A stretch of DNA of 63,989 nucleotides, the filler included, from Stramenopiles sp. TOSAG23-6 (Eukaryota): NCBI GenBank assembly GCA_900128565.1. It is 5 parts of 5 records of this genome, joined end to end, with 100 filler letters (N's around TTAATTAATTAA, not from the genome) between each part and the next. Parts side by side here need not be neighbours in the genome. Positions count along the whole stretch, not along the records: positions 38,633 to 51,377 come from LT636191.1; positions 51,478 to 63,989 come from LT636201.1; 3 more parts are not named here. One strand, written 5' to 3'. The translations under genes and the position numbers were made by a program. Below the pieces are notes generated by a model. It searched no databases. It saw nothing but the letters and a program-made list of their open reading frames with translations, and had not been told where the DNA came from. Positions 46,592 through 59,043 of this stretch are shown piece after piece (the first letter of the stretch is position 1; every line of letters starts with the position of its first letter).

Positions 46592-47190
46592 GTAAGTAAA
46601 ATCTCTCCCAACGATGCTTGAATCCTCATTTTTTGGTATTTAATACATGTATTGTTATAGTTCAAGGCAATGCGCACCTGTACATGTCTTCTTTAGGATA
46701 TACTTCTCCTAAATTTGTTCATGTAACAACAAGTACGGTGATGGCCGCTCGACGAGCTTGAGAGACCTCTTCCTCTACTGTTTCCCACACAGTAATGATT
46801 TATTATACTATGTGTACAACAAGTACGCTCTCAAAAGTGTACAAGTAATGAATCTATGAGAATGGATGAGTTGATAGTATAGAAGTAATGATATACTCAA
46901 ACTTTCTCCATGCTTCTTTCATTGACACTCTAGAGAGTGAGCTCATTATAACTTTTATCGGTTTCTCTTCTTTTTATCGGTTTCTCTTCTTTTATCGGTT
47001 TTTCTTTGTGTGTTTTTCACATTTTTATTCCTACTACACACTACGAACTTACATGCATGTACACATACATATATGTGCATAGTAGTGGCGTGTATATCGT
47101 GTATTTTTCGTTTCACTCAAATAATAATATTTGGAACATGTAGACTAACCCTCAAAATACTCTTGATTCATATCTCCCCTTACAATAAAG
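46592..47190 (+). other. Canonical GT-AG 5'-UTR intron of RPL32 (mirror copy 42771-43369)
   Basis: AG|GTAAGT donor; GACTAAC branch point about 40 nt before TACAATAAAG|ATG. Confidence 0.65.
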
Positions 47191-47598
47191 ATGGTCGCCG
47201 CAGCTCCTCTCAAAACCATGAAAAAGGTCAAGAAACGCACGAAAGCATTCAAGCGTTTCCAATCCAATCGCTTCATGCGTGTCAAAGAATCGTGGCGTCG
47301 TCCTCGTGGTATTGATTGCCGCGTTAGACGTCGCTTCCGTGGTGCCATCAAAATGGCAAATATTGGTTACGGAAACAACAAAAAGACTCGTCACGTCTTG
47401 CCATGTGGTCTCAAAAAATTCCGTGTTTCCAACACTGCTGAACTTGAGATGCTCATCATGCAGAACCGTAAATTTGCTGCTGAAATTTGCCACAATGTTT
47501 CCGCTAGAAAACGTAAGATGATTGTTGATCGCGCTGCTGAACTCCGAATTACAGTTCTCAATGCGAACGGACGTCTTCGTGCTGAAGAAGCTGAATAA
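47191..47598 (+). CDS. RPL32: 60S ribosomal protein eL32, right copy
   Basis: Identical mirror of 42363-42770. Confidence 0.95.
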   Translation: MVAAAPLKTMKKVKKRTKAFKRFQSNRFMRVKESWRRPRGIDCRVRRRFRGAIKMANIGYGNNKKTRHVLPCGLKKFRVSNTAELEMLIMQNRKFAAEICHNVSARKRKMIVDRAAELRITVLNANGRLRAEEAE

Positions 47599-48153
47599 GT
47601 GCTCAATTATGATGTTTTAGTGTTACTATAGTAATGATGGCTTATATATATATTACATATAATATATTATATTGCATATTATTCAAGTATAGTATACACA
47701 ACGTATTACGATGTACTTTGAACTAATCTGACGACTAAGATTCGAATGTATTCAATTTATTCGGGCTTAGCAAGCGATGAGAAAATAAATTGTCGTTGAC
47801 TTCCAAAATAATAATATTTCATTTTGTTTTGTTTTTTTATTCAAATGTTTAATTTATTTTTACATTCTTTTTATTCTTTTTATGTATATAGTTCTTACAT
47901 CTATCAATCATATTTGTGTGTTTATATTTCTTACAATATTCAATATTGGCTTAAACTATACCACCAAGTATCATTATACTAGTTGTATTAATAATGTTGT
48001 GATTTTTCAATACTTCAAGTCCATGTCACTATTTATCACTATATATATTATAGTAAAGATCATGAAAGGCCATGAAAGGTCATGAAAGGTCATGAAAGCC
48101 CATGAGAAAGCCCAAGAAAGCCCATGAAGAGTTGTTGTCCAAACTTTTAAAAA

Positions 48154-48783
48154 TTATAATTCACGCAGTTCGTTTTCCAATTGTAAAGAATGGTCAAAGT
48201 CCATACCAATATCAACACACCAAGTGTTCTCCTTTACACACAAAAATGTTTCTAAAAAATCTTGACCGTTTGTGTATAGCATATTTATATCATCTTCGTA
48301 ATCTCCAAGTAAATCGCCACATAAATTTGTAAAAAAATTCCACATCCAAGCACCTCGCGTACGACTGATTTCATTTGACTTTGAAAAAAGAGTTGTGACT
48401 CTGTTATTTCTTTTCTGTAAACCATATTGTTCAGCTACGTTAGGAATTTGAGTTTCCTTTCGCTTCTTGTGGGACTTATGCGAGAAATCTACTGATGGTG
48501 GCTCTTCACATATAAATTCCAAAACTTCAGACCTTTCGAATTCTTTGACTTTGTTGCTATTGCCCCGTTTCCTATCAAGATTTACAAGAGCCTCGTACAT
48601 TTCAAAAGAAATTGCACGACACGCCGTACACTTCAGTCGTTTCATTATTGGCTTCTGTTCAAAAGCTGGTATAAGTTGCTCTGTCGCAATTTTATCAGTT
48701 ATGTTTTTGCCTTGTGCGCATTGTTTTGTGTCACATAAAATAGCCACAAAGAGAGTCAAGAACCAACTTAATGAAAGTGTCAT
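48154..48783 (-). CDS. Canopy/MSAP-like ER protein, right copy
   Basis: Identical mirror of 41178-41807. Confidence 0.72.
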   Translation of the reverse strand: MTLSLSWFLTLFVAILCDTKQCAQGKNITDKIATEQLIPAFEQKPIMKRLKCTACRAISFEMYEALVNLDRKRGNSNKVKEFERSEVLEFICEEPPSVDFSHKSHKKRKETQIPNVAEQYGLQKRNNRVTTLFSKSNEISRTRGAWMWNFFTNLCGDLLGDYEDDINMLYTNGQDFLETFLCVKENTWCVDIGMDFDHSLQLENELREL

Positions 48784-49196
48784 TGTAGTCACCTTTTAAA
48801 GGCAGGATCAATCAATATAATGAATAGTTTTATAAGAGAATTCAAATCTACGTATCAACCTATACTACTTCAAATCAAAGTTTTTGTCTTTTCGTTTTGT
48901 CTTTCTTTTTGGTTTTTTTGGTGTCTCCTCGTCTCCCAAATTATATTGTGAACAAACCTGCCAAAGCAATCCGAATCCAACACCATCATCAGTTGTTTTT
49001 TTTTCACTCTGCTATATTTAGATTTGGCATTAGTACGGGTAGTACGTAGTACGACTACACTACGGTAGCAGTACTATTTCTGTAGTACCAACTACTACTA
49101 GATTACTTCTACGCATACCATGTATACAAGTGAGTAAGAGTAAATAATGAAATAATATGCAACATATATTCATCATTTTATAAAAGATTAAAAGTT

Positions 49197-51257
49197 ATGA
49201 CTGACGAAGCAGCCCTAGAGACTTGGTATGAACTTCATGACGAAAAGCTTTTCGAAATTAGCCAACAACAAAAGTTTCGAGAGCGGTTACGCAACTTTCC
49301 CAGTAGACACGTCGTTTCAATGCAGAAGCTACAGCCCTATATTCGTGGTTTTCTTTGTAGGCGAGATAGTGTACAACAAATATTTATACAACAAGCCCAG
49401 GATAGGCAACGCCGTGTTTCTTTGGAGATTGATGTTTTACGTAAAAATATTGGAAAAAAATTAACTTTTACTGGAAAGAAACGAAACTTTCTTCGCCTCT
49501 TTCGAAATACATCCACCAGTGAGTCTGATACATTACATTTTCCACAATTTATACATGTTTTAGAAGTGTGTCTTTTTGGTGTTGGTGACACAAATTCCAA
49601 AAATAGCCAATGTAAAACTGAGTTTTCTTTCCGTGAAAAAAAAAATAGCCAATGTAAAACTGAATTTTCTTTCCGCGAAAAAAAGCTTCTTTTTCTTTGT
49701 TTAGCTTCAGAAGGTTTAGAATTAGTACACATAACAGAGTTCATTACATTTATATTTGGACCTCAATTTGCCATGGAAATTTTAGAAAACGAATCAATAC
49801 AAAGAGAAAATGAAAAATGGAATGAAACTCATAAAAAGAANNNNNNNNNNNNNNNNNNNNNNNNNNNNNNNNNNNNNNNNNNNNNNNNNNNNNNNNNNNN
49901 NNNNNNNNNNNNNNNNNNNNNNNNNNNNNNNNNNNNNNNNNNNNNNNNNNNNNNNNNNNNNNNNNNNNNNNNNNNNNNNNNNNNNNNNNNNNNNNNNNNN
50001 NNNNNNNNNNNNNNNNNNNNNNNNNNNNNNNNNNNNNTAACCCTAATACAAACCCTAACCCTAATATAGTCAAAGTGACTGAGAAACAGACTACTATTGT
50101 AACAAATACAAATGAGAGATTAGAATATATAAAAACAGTGAATTATACAAAAAGTTTGGCTTCATTGATGAATATTGATTATATATACATAGACAGTGAA
50201 AAACAAAACAAACAAAACAAACAAAACCAAATAGATCAACAAAACAAACAAAACCAAATAGATCAACAAAACAAACAAAACAAACAAAAAGAAGTCTTTA
50301 TATACTCAATTAAATCTAATAAAGATGTTCAACAACAACAACATAAATTTTCTTTGAATAGTAGAGAGAAAGATTCGCCAAACCAAATAGATCAAACATA
50401 TTCTGTAACTAAAAATGCTACAAAAACACAATCAAACATTATCAAGAAGAATAATACGCCTATACATGCTAAAAATCCTAAAAATCCTAATTATCCTAAT
50501 GAAAAAAGACATTCAATGGTAAACCCTAAAAACCCTAAAAACCCTAAAAGCAATCATAAAAAACTGCCAAATTATTCATTAATGGCGTCTACTACCGCTA
50601 GTAGGAGTAGAAAGCTAGCAGTTACAACAAAACAACAACAAAAACAACAACAAAAACAACAACAACAACAAAGCAAACAACGGCCTAAAACAGCACCAAG
50701 CAAAATTTTACCGCGATTTATTTCTGGTATGCATTTCATGCAAACAACATCATGTACAAATCGTCGTATTCGTTGTAATACAATAGATTCAACTTTATTT
50801 AAAAACAAAAAAAAGATTATAGATAAAATCAGTAATAATGCAAGAATACTTGAAGAAACAATTCAATCAAAATTACGTAAAATAAAACCTACATTATTGG
50901 ACATAAAGACATCTCAAATAGGTAAAGAAGTTAGTGGACGTGCCTACGTGTATATTTTATTTTTTTTTCAATTTTTTTTTTGTCTATATTTTTTTTTTCG
51001 TACGAAATTTTGTACCTAACAAATTTTTCTAAAATTTTTTTTGAAATATTTTTCCAAAATACATGTATGGTGGCGTAGCTGCAGATGAAGTACGGCATAG
51101 GAATATTCTCGAACATTTGGAAAAGAATAAACGTAACCCTAACCCCAACCAAAAATCATATATAGCACGAAATCCTTGGAAGCCAACAGGAGGGACACGA
51201 AATATACATTTTGATCAATGTAATGAGGAAGTGGGGTTAACTAGACAAGAATTACAT
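49197..51257 (+). CDS. IQ-motif protein with low-complexity Q/N/K tracts, 3' truncated; introns 50950-51064 and 51258-51374 (both GT-AT)
   Basis: MQKLQPYIRGFLCRR IQ motif; the frame joins GRAY|VYGGVAADEV. An N gap lies at 49841-50037. Confidence 0.6.
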
Positions 51258-51377
51258 GTATGTTTTATTTTTTTTCAATTTTTTTCCTAAAATTTTTTTT
51301 TTTTTTGTTTTTTTTTTGTACGAAATTTTGTACCTAACAATTTTAAGTTTTTTAATTTTTTCCTATTATTACATACG

Positions 51378-51477
51378 NNNNNNNNNNNNNNNNNNNNNNN
51401 NNNNNNNNNNNNNNNNNNNNNTTAATTAATTAANNNNNNNNNNNNNNNNNNNNNNNNNNNNNNNNNNNNNNNNNNNN
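51378..51477. other. Artificial scaffold linker
   Basis: N44-TTAATTAATTAA-N44. Confidence 0.95.
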
Positions 51478-51535
51478 GTACAAAATTTCGTACGAAAAAA
51501 AATAAATTCGAAATTGAAAAAAAAATAAAACACAC

Positions 51536-51969
51536 TCCATGGTGACAGTATGAATATTGGAAAGACTATTAGGGTTAGGGTTATTGAAATGACTATCGAG
51601 ATACGACTTTGATTTTTCATCATTTCTCTCGAATAAACTTTTATTATTTTCTGTCAAATGTTCAATTCTATTGTGCAGTGGTTCACATTCTATGTTTTTA
51701 GGTCTTATAATAAATCCCAAATCAAGGAAACATTTTTCCTCACAATTGCGCAGAGGTCTTCTTTGCTTCAAAGCTCTGTCAAAAAGTATAATGGCTTTAT
51801 CGAGGTCGCGAAGTATCGAAATACTTAACTTTAATTTCTTTTGTTCGACTTCGTTTGTATTATCTATCTTTATCTTCTCCGTAAGTATAGATATTCGCTC
51901 CACTAAGTTGTGCCGGAGTTTGTCGATGTTTTCCCTGTTCAAATGACGTCGAACATTTGTATCAACCAT
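51536..51969 (-). CDS. First exon of an unknown protein, followed by a family intron and the scaffold edge
   Basis: ORF MVDTNVRRHL... runs into GTGTGTTTTATTT...TTCGTACGAAATTTTGTAC. Confidence 0.45.
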
Positions 51970-52404
51970 TTTTCTTTTTTCTTTCATAAAAAAAAAGTGC
52001 CAACTGTATAATAACTTACTGGTGTAACCCAAGTTAAATTGTAACAGAAAATACTAATTAAATATCCCAAGAAAAAGTTTGATTTGAAAAACTCAAATAC
52101 GTAGAAAAGTCGAGAAAAAAAGTCACTCAACAAAAAAACGAGAGGAACGAGAGACTCGAGAAGAGAGGAGCCTTTTTCTTTGGAACAAACATGCCACATG
52201 CTGCGATTTCCAAAATTCAGTTTCACTTTTTTTTTCGGACATTATAGGAAATAAAAACGCCTATGTATACTAGCCTACGTATACATTGCTGTATGTTTGT
52301 TAAATGATTCAAGTTATTGAAAGCTCTTCGAAAGGATAAATTGCTAGTATGTTGAAAACATAAAAGTAATAAGTTTACTATAGTTGATATATTGTATAGA
52401 AGAA

Positions 52405-54758
52405 TGTATATAGGGTGGAAAAATGTAGAAGAAAGAACAGCACCTTCCCCAACTTCTTCAAGACAAAATCTTTTTTCAGTGAAGGGTGACATGTTTGATA
52501 AGGTTTTTAGTAGTGTGAGAAAACGAATTCAGAATGGTACAATTAGTAAACAATCAACTAACAGTATTACAAATGTTGTATTAGACAAATCAGTGAGTAA
52601 ATCTGTGGATATTGATAAATCGTATGAAATTTCAGGTGTAGAGATTCAATCAATACTTAATGGTTCTTATTTTCCATTTCGATATCGGGAAAAAGATAAA
52701 ATAATTCCGCCAGATCTAAAAGTAGAAGATCGTAGGGCATTGATTTTTGCAATGAAAATGCAAGCAAACCATAGAGATAGAAGTCGGAGAATCCAGAGAG
52801 AGAGAGAAAAACAATTAGAAGCGTTGAAAGAACGAGATAAAAAAAATGAGTACCAAAAAAAACTCCGAGAAGAAAAAGTTCAAAAACTAAAAGACATAAA
52901 ACGGCAAAAACTTTTAGACCAAAGGAAGATGAGGCTTAACCGTAAAGCACAACGTGATGCATTATTAGTAGCATCAGGCCTCAAAGAATTGAAAACTCCT
53001 TTTAAAAGAAAAACTGCGATGATTGGTCTTAAAGTACTTCAAGAATTTCAAACGTCGTTAGGGTTAGGGTTAGGCTCATATAAAACAATGAAAGGCTCAG
53101 AAAATCTCCTGTTAAAAAATGCAGAAGCTCCTCTCTTTTTACAAATGGAACATCGATATGATGAAGATTTTTTAATGCCTGAATTGCATCGAAGAAAAGA
53201 GAAATTACAAAATTTACATGTACGTTTCTTTTATTAGGGTTAGGTTTTTTTTTAACTTTTTATGACTATTTGTTTCTATTATATTTTATTGATTTTTTTT
53301 AAACTTTTTGTAAATAATTGTGGACCGAATTAACAAAATCAAATGTACTACAAAACAATATTTTCCTAAAATACATCAATTACGAGGAAAAACAGCAGGA
53401 CGAGATTTAAGAGATAAAATTCAAAAAGATGGAAAATATTACAAATTAGCCTTACAGAAATCCAAAATGGAATTGAAAAAGAGAAAATTAGAACGAATTG
53501 AGGCATTTAATAAGAAAAAACCACCGAAACCTCCACGACGGCTAACACGATTATATCAAATGGAGAAGAAGAGGAAAGCGTTCGTTTTTATAATGAATTT
53601 TAAATTATTTTTTTTTTTTCATAGAAAATTTAATACCTAACAATGTTTTACTAAAAAACAATATTTTTCACAATACGTTCTTGACCGTAAAAAGCAAGAG
53701 GAAAAGACAAAAAGACTGAAGATTGCTCGTGAGTATTCAAAGAAAGTAAGATTGAAACATAAACCTAAAAAATGTGCATCAAAAGTTGCAGAAATTTATC
53801 ACAGAAAGCAGGAATTACTAAATAGAAACAAAAAGCGAATATCTTCAAATTCAAATACAAAAACTTCTGATTTGAAACAATCGCGTGGATTTTCAAATAT
53901 ACCAAAGTATCGTAATATTATAGAAAGAAAGAAAAAAGATAAAATTTTAACTTTAAAAGATCTAAAAGAAGCACAAGAATTGCAGAAAACAAAGTTAGAA
54001 TCAAATCAATTGGATCTTTTACAAAAGAAAGAGAGAGAACGACAAGCCAGAATCGTTCAGAAAGCTTTATATAAAACGGAGCGTATTAAAAGATTACAAT
54101 CAAAAACGAGGTNTCCGTTTGAGCTTGATACTGATCAACTTGATGATGTAACTGAAACCTATATCGACGTTATGAAAGCTAAAATGGCAATGATCAAAGC
54201 AAAACTATCAAAATTGAAGGCTCTAGAGGAAGCAAAGGATACAGAAAGCAAGTCAATACAGAGTTCATTACATGTCTTGAGTAAATATCCTCGATTTAGT
54301 ACGTTTTAAAGATTAATTTCACTTTATTTTTTCACCTTGAAAATTTTGTACCTAACAAATTTCGAATGTAAAACTCTTTTCTCTGTACATGGGGTAATGT
54401 TGACGTTAATGGTAGACAATTTATGGTAAATGCTAGACAAATAAAACGTAAAGTTTTTGTGACTGTAGGAACTTCAGAGAGTTCTTCAGAGACAAAAAAT
54501 GGCATTAGGTATACAATAGAGAAACAACTTCAATCACCTGAAAATTTAAAAATGTCCGAGTTGAAATCTACCATTATTGGCATGTTGAAAGATAGAGACA
54601 CATCGCAAGAAGATGAAATCATTGAAGATGTTAGAGACACATCACAAGAAGAATTTTCAAATGAAATCATTGAAGATCTTAGAGACACATCACAAGAAGA
54701 ATTTTCAAATGAAATCATTGAAGATGTTAGTGACACATCACAAAACGTTTCAGGATAA
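52405..54758 (+). CDS. Basic coiled-coil protein with acidic C-terminal repeats; introns 53220-53376 (GT-AT), 53580-53678 (GT-GT), 54299-54390 (GT-AT)
   Basis: Four ORFs fuse in frame (NLH|QLRGK; KRK|ALDRKK; PRF|RGNVDVNGRQFMVNAR). C-terminal RDTSQEEFSNEIIED repeats. Start codon uncertain. Confidence 0.7.
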
Positions 54759-54878
54759 GGAGATTTCATCTTTATGACGAAATCACGGAAAATACCAAAA
54801 TACCAAAAAATAAAATATATAAACGAGAATATTTCTGTATTACATTTCCTTATTTGTGTTTATATTTTATTTCATTAA

Positions 54879-56651
54879 TTAATTTGACCAAACATTAAAC
54901 CATCGATCATTTGTATATCTTTTATTAGAAGCACTAAAATCTTCACAATTCTGAGAAGAACATTCAGTCATCTTATTTGAAAATTTCGGATTTTTAGAGC
55001 TTTTTGAAAGTCTTGAATCATTAAATTTTATATTTGCGGTATTATAAAATATATATCGTCCACGTTGGTTCAATTGATCAACATCATGTGTAGAATAATT
55101 ATGAAATGCGTTACCAATTTCCCCGACAGATTGATAATATGAAAGAGAGTCTTCCCAACTATGAACTTGTCTTATATAGTCAAAACCATAAAATTGGAAT
55201 AAATTGATCCAAAATTGATCAGGTTGCTCATTTACATGGTGAACATGATTGTATGCACAATCAAGCTTTCCTTTTTCACTTCTCGGTAATGATGATGACC
55301 ACCAAATGACATCTGCGTGTGTTACAAGAGAAAGAACTAATTGTGAAGAAAATGGCGGCTCCATGTGCTCAGCGACTTCTGTACAAATTGCGACATCAAA
55401 CTTTTTCCCAAGAGATAAAGGATTTCGGAGATCGTGTTTTCTTAATTTAGATTGAAGAATACCTCTCTTATGGCATGATTCTATCCCAAAAGAAGTTCCC
55501 TCAATAACCGCATAATCCGTACCATATTTTGTACCTAATGAATCCGAATGAGTTTCGTTTCTTAAAATATAATTTCTTGTAAGCTTTGAAAGATAAGATG
55601 TCGTATGACAACCACCCGCACCAAATTCAACAAATGAATTACACTTCCTTCCATGTAATGACTCACAGTACGCCATTACACTTGCAGCATACGGAATAGC
55701 CCATATAGGATTAAAATTTATTTCGTGACTTTCATATTTTGTCTTATACAATAATTCAATATTAAATATCCTAAATGAAAATGGATTAGTCTTATCAAAC
55801 CACCAATTATCTTTTTCAATACCAGACAGCCAACCAATTTCAATTTTCTTTCTATTCAAAGTACTATTCTTTGTAATATTTGTAGAAGTAAAATTCTTAC
55901 TATTGACGAACTCATTATTCAAAATATTTTGAAAATATGTCGTTTTTGGTATGTATTTCCAGCGGTGGGTGTCAATAATGACTTCATCTTTCTGATTGTT
56001 TTTAACTGGAAATAATTTTTCAATAAATGCATCATTTGGTATCTCAATCCAACTGTGTGAAGTGCAACACTGCCATTTTTTATTTGGTAGATTATCGACG
56101 GAGTTATCAAATGCATGTCCTTCTTGTAACCATGAAACTACAAATATCCGACCGTGAGGCCAAATTCCTTTAAGATGAATATATTCTGGTGGATAACGGA
56201 CTAAAATGCGAGGTGAAGGTTCACAGTGCGAAACGAGTGCATTATCATCAACTGTAACATTTGGTGTTTGACTCATAATGAAACAAAGATGAAGGTTCTG
56301 TGGCAATTGCTCCGCTTTTAATTTTGTTGGAAACAATTCAGTTGTTTCAGGAGTATTTATTGTAACATTGTTTTCGATACATTGAGAGGCAAAAACCCGT
56401 TCAAGCATAGTACTATCAGCTGTGTGTCTAACTTGAGGCATAAATTTTAACTGGTCTCTTGGCCCCCACCAAATAAATCCACTTGTAGCTTCTTGCCAAG
56501 GTGGACCACCAGGGTTTAAAATATGTAGTGTCATTCGAGATATAGCTTTTCTACAATCACCCGAGGTTGAATTTGACTTCTTCTCATCATCACTCTGACA
56601 TTCAACGAGGTATAGAAGAAAAATTGCCGCTATAGCTATAATTACATTCAT
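54879..56651 (-). CDS. Secretory-pathway class I SAM-dependent methyltransferase
   Basis: Signal/anchor; FVEFGAGG, HDLRNPL.LGKKFDVAICTEVAEHM and HHVNEQP..FW..LF. Confidence 0.75.
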   Translation of the reverse strand: MNVIIAIAAIFLLYLVECQSDDEKKSNSTSGDCRKAISRMTLHILNPGGPPWQEATSGFIWWGPRDQLKFMPQVRHTADSTMLERVFASQCIENNVTINTPETTELFPTKLKAEQLPQNLHLCFIMSQTPNVTVDDNALVSHCEPSPRILVRYPPEYIHLKGIWPHGRIFVVSWLQEGHAFDNSVDNLPNKKWQCCTSHSWIEIPNDAFIEKLFPVKNNQKDEVIIDTHRWKYIPKTTYFQNILNNEFVNSKNFTSTNITKNSTLNRKKIEIGWLSGIEKDNWWFDKTNPFSFRIFNIELLYKTKYESHEINFNPIWAIPYAASVMAYCESLHGRKCNSFVEFGAGGCHTTSYLSKLTRNYILRNETHSDSLGTKYGTDYAVIEGTSFGIESCHKRGILQSKLRKHDLRNPLSLGKKFDVAICTEVAEHMEPPFSSQLVLSLVTHADVIWWSSSLPRSEKGKLDCAYNHVHHVNEQPDQFWINLFQFYGFDYIRQVHSWEDSLSYYQSVGEIGNAFHNYSTHDVDQLNQRGRYIFYNTANIKFNDSRLSKSSKNPKFSNKMTECSSQNCEDFSASNKRYTNDRWFNVWSN

Positions 56652-56881
56652 CAGGGAAATGTTTGAAATAAACGAATGTGTTAGGTATTAAACAGGTAAA
56701 CCCCAGGGGTCACATTAAATTTTAAAATTTTAAAAAAATTTCGTTCAAAATAGCCCTAACCCTAATCCAAGGATTCGAATTTCGAAGCAGATCGCGCATG
56801 CAAGCCGCGCTGTAGGTACCGCAATATCTTGATTCCATCGAGGAGTTTGCTACAGCATTCTTCTGAAACTTCTGCAATCAA

Positions 56882-57724
56882 ATGGCAACAACAGAGTCTC
56901 AGCCATGGGCCAAAGATGGTAGTAGCTTTACGTTCATGGGAGAAGATGTCGGTCAGAAAAACGCCCCTCCCAAAAATTTGTACCCGTTTGGAATGAAACA
57001 AGCTCAAAAGTCGAGCAACGCCCTATTATCGTCAAAATTTGAAGCACGGGCTACACTAATGCCATCAGAAACAGGAATATTCCATGCAAAGGAAAAGGCT
57101 CATGATTTGACGGAGGAACAGGAAAAAGGAAGAGCGAAGCATCCGGATGTTCAAAAACTTGAAAGTCGGTCTCTCTTTGATCAGTTGAATCATCGAAAAC
57201 AAGTCGAGTTAGAACAAAGGGAAACTGAAGTTAAAGAATCCCGTTTACCAGCAGCATTGGATGATGAAGAAAAACAATTTTATGATGCATTGGAAGAGAA
57301 AAAGAGGGAAAAAGAGAAGATTCTAGAAGAAGAAAAAGATACTGACGTTGCTTCATATAAAATTGCCATGGCATCAAGAACACAAAAAGTAGAAGAACGT
57401 AAACACTCAATAGGAAAAATAGCCCCTAGGATTAGTAAAGGCAAACAGAAGTCCGTTTCAGAATTAGTTAAAAGGCGTATAAAAGTAAAAAAACGTAAAC
57501 TTCCTACTGAGATAGGAAGCGAACAGAAAAACAAAAACAGTAAAACAATGTTTGAAAAATGTATTACCCCTGAACCCCTTATGAAAACTTCACCAAATGT
57601 TGTAAAAGGTGTTAAAAAAAATAATATAGGTAATAAAAAAGTTGTGAAGTCTGCTACAACCCTAGGCTTGACTAATTATAGCAGTGATTCATCGGACTCT
57701 TCAGACGATTCTTCTAATGAATAA
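56882..57724 (+). CDS. FAM192A/PSME3IP1 (NIP30)-like nuclear protein
   Basis: RSLFDQL...K and LDDEEKQFYD motifs; GL.NYSSDSSD tail. Confidence 0.7.
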   Translation: MATTESQPWAKDGSSFTFMGEDVGQKNAPPKNLYPFGMKQAQKSSNALLSSKFEARATLMPSETGIFHAKEKAHDLTEEQEKGRAKHPDVQKLESRSLFDQLNHRKQVELEQRETEVKESRLPAALDDEEKQFYDALEEKKREKEKILEEEKDTDVASYKIAMASRTQKVEERKHSIGKIAPRISKGKQKSVSELVKRRIKVKKRKLPTEIGSEQKNKNSKTMFEKCITPEPLMKTSPNVVKGVKKNNIGNKKVVKSATTLGLTNYSSDSSDSSDDSSNE

Positions 57725-58098
57725 AATAAATAGCCTAAATTTGGTAGAATTCAAGTTCAAGTTGACCAGGTTAACTCTCAAGTGTTAATTTTTATAGTTG
57801 TAAAGAATAGCAAAAATTAGTTGCAACTCTTTCAATTGTTGTGAAATTTTATGAAATAAATATCTAGTTTTTATACACAATTTTTATTAAAATTTAATGG
57901 ATTGACATCCTGCTCATTAGGATTAGGATTTGAGATTAGGGTTCAGGACTTTTTGATTGAATTTTTTCGGGTCAAAAAACGAAAACATCAACCAACAAAA
58001 CACAAAAAGAAATAATAATTTTTAATGTAGCATAGGTAGTTCATATCATATGAATAGTACTCACTGGGTGCAAATAACTTATAAATTTAACTTGAAAC

Positions 58099-59026
58099 AT
58101 GAAATATTTGACGCCTCTACTGTCTAAAGTGGATATTATATGTTTATTGCAATATTTTGGAAGCTTTCTGTTTCTTTTTGTGTCGCTTAAAGTTTTAATT
58201 CACTTTACTAATAATCGCCTTGCACGAAACAGCTCACTTGGAGCCTACCTGGTTTTATGTTGTATGATTAACGGTTTCCAAGCATATCGTGGATGTATAT
58301 ACTATTATGAGGTACATTATTCTATTGGTTCGATGGATATTTATGCTACAAGTGAGGCGAGGGCAATGCTTCAAATTCCACTATTAAAACCTCTTCTATA
58401 TGCTGGATTAGCATATACCATAATAGGACTAATGTTGGATATTATAATTGGTCCTCCTGTGTTATCTTTCGAAATGGTATTACACCATATAGCCATGTTT
58501 GCTGCAATCTTCATATCTATCACATTTCCTGTAGTTCAATACCATGCTCCCTACTTTCTAGGTGTTGCTGAAATAAGTACAGTTCCGTTAAATGTAATGA
58601 ATATTTTCAAATATTTTCCAAGTATGAAGTTAGCATACCCAAGAGCATATAAGATATCTCGAATACTCTTTGCAATTTTATTTATACTTTTACGTGTTGT
58701 GTTTTGGGCATTTCATATTTCTCAATGGGCATCAGATTATATGACCTGTACGTTTTCATCATTAAGCTCAACTTTACTTTTTATCGAAAAATTTGTAGCT
58801 AATGATTTTTTTTCTCTACGATTTTTTTCTTCACAATACATACTTTCGCATAACGAGTGTAAAAGATAATACAAATGTTTCTTATGGAATGGCTATAGGT
58901 TTGTCCTTGGGATGTTTTTTGACACTCCTGCAATTGTTCTGGGGAGTTTTAGTCACTAAAGGCCTATATAGAGCTCTATTTGGAAATACTCGGGACAATA
59001 TTGAAAAAACAATTAAAGCAACATGA
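58099..59026 (+). CDS. TLC-domain (TRAM/LAG1/CLN8) membrane protein; intron 58748-58841 (GT-AT)
   Basis: MVLHH, AEISTVPLN, FAILFILLRV and LQLFW; the frame joins YMT|YFRITSV. Confidence 0.82.
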
Positions 59027-59043
59027 ATTTTTATTTATTTTCT

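Larger units (their letters stand above)
38633..51377. repeat. Whole-scaffold inverted duplication (palindrome) centred at 44980/44981, arms about 6.3 kb
   Basis: Mirrored coordinates sum to 89961 (41169/48792, 42363/47598, 43648/46313). The centre TTTAAAAATT|AATTTTTAAA has no spacer. Confidence 0.97.
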
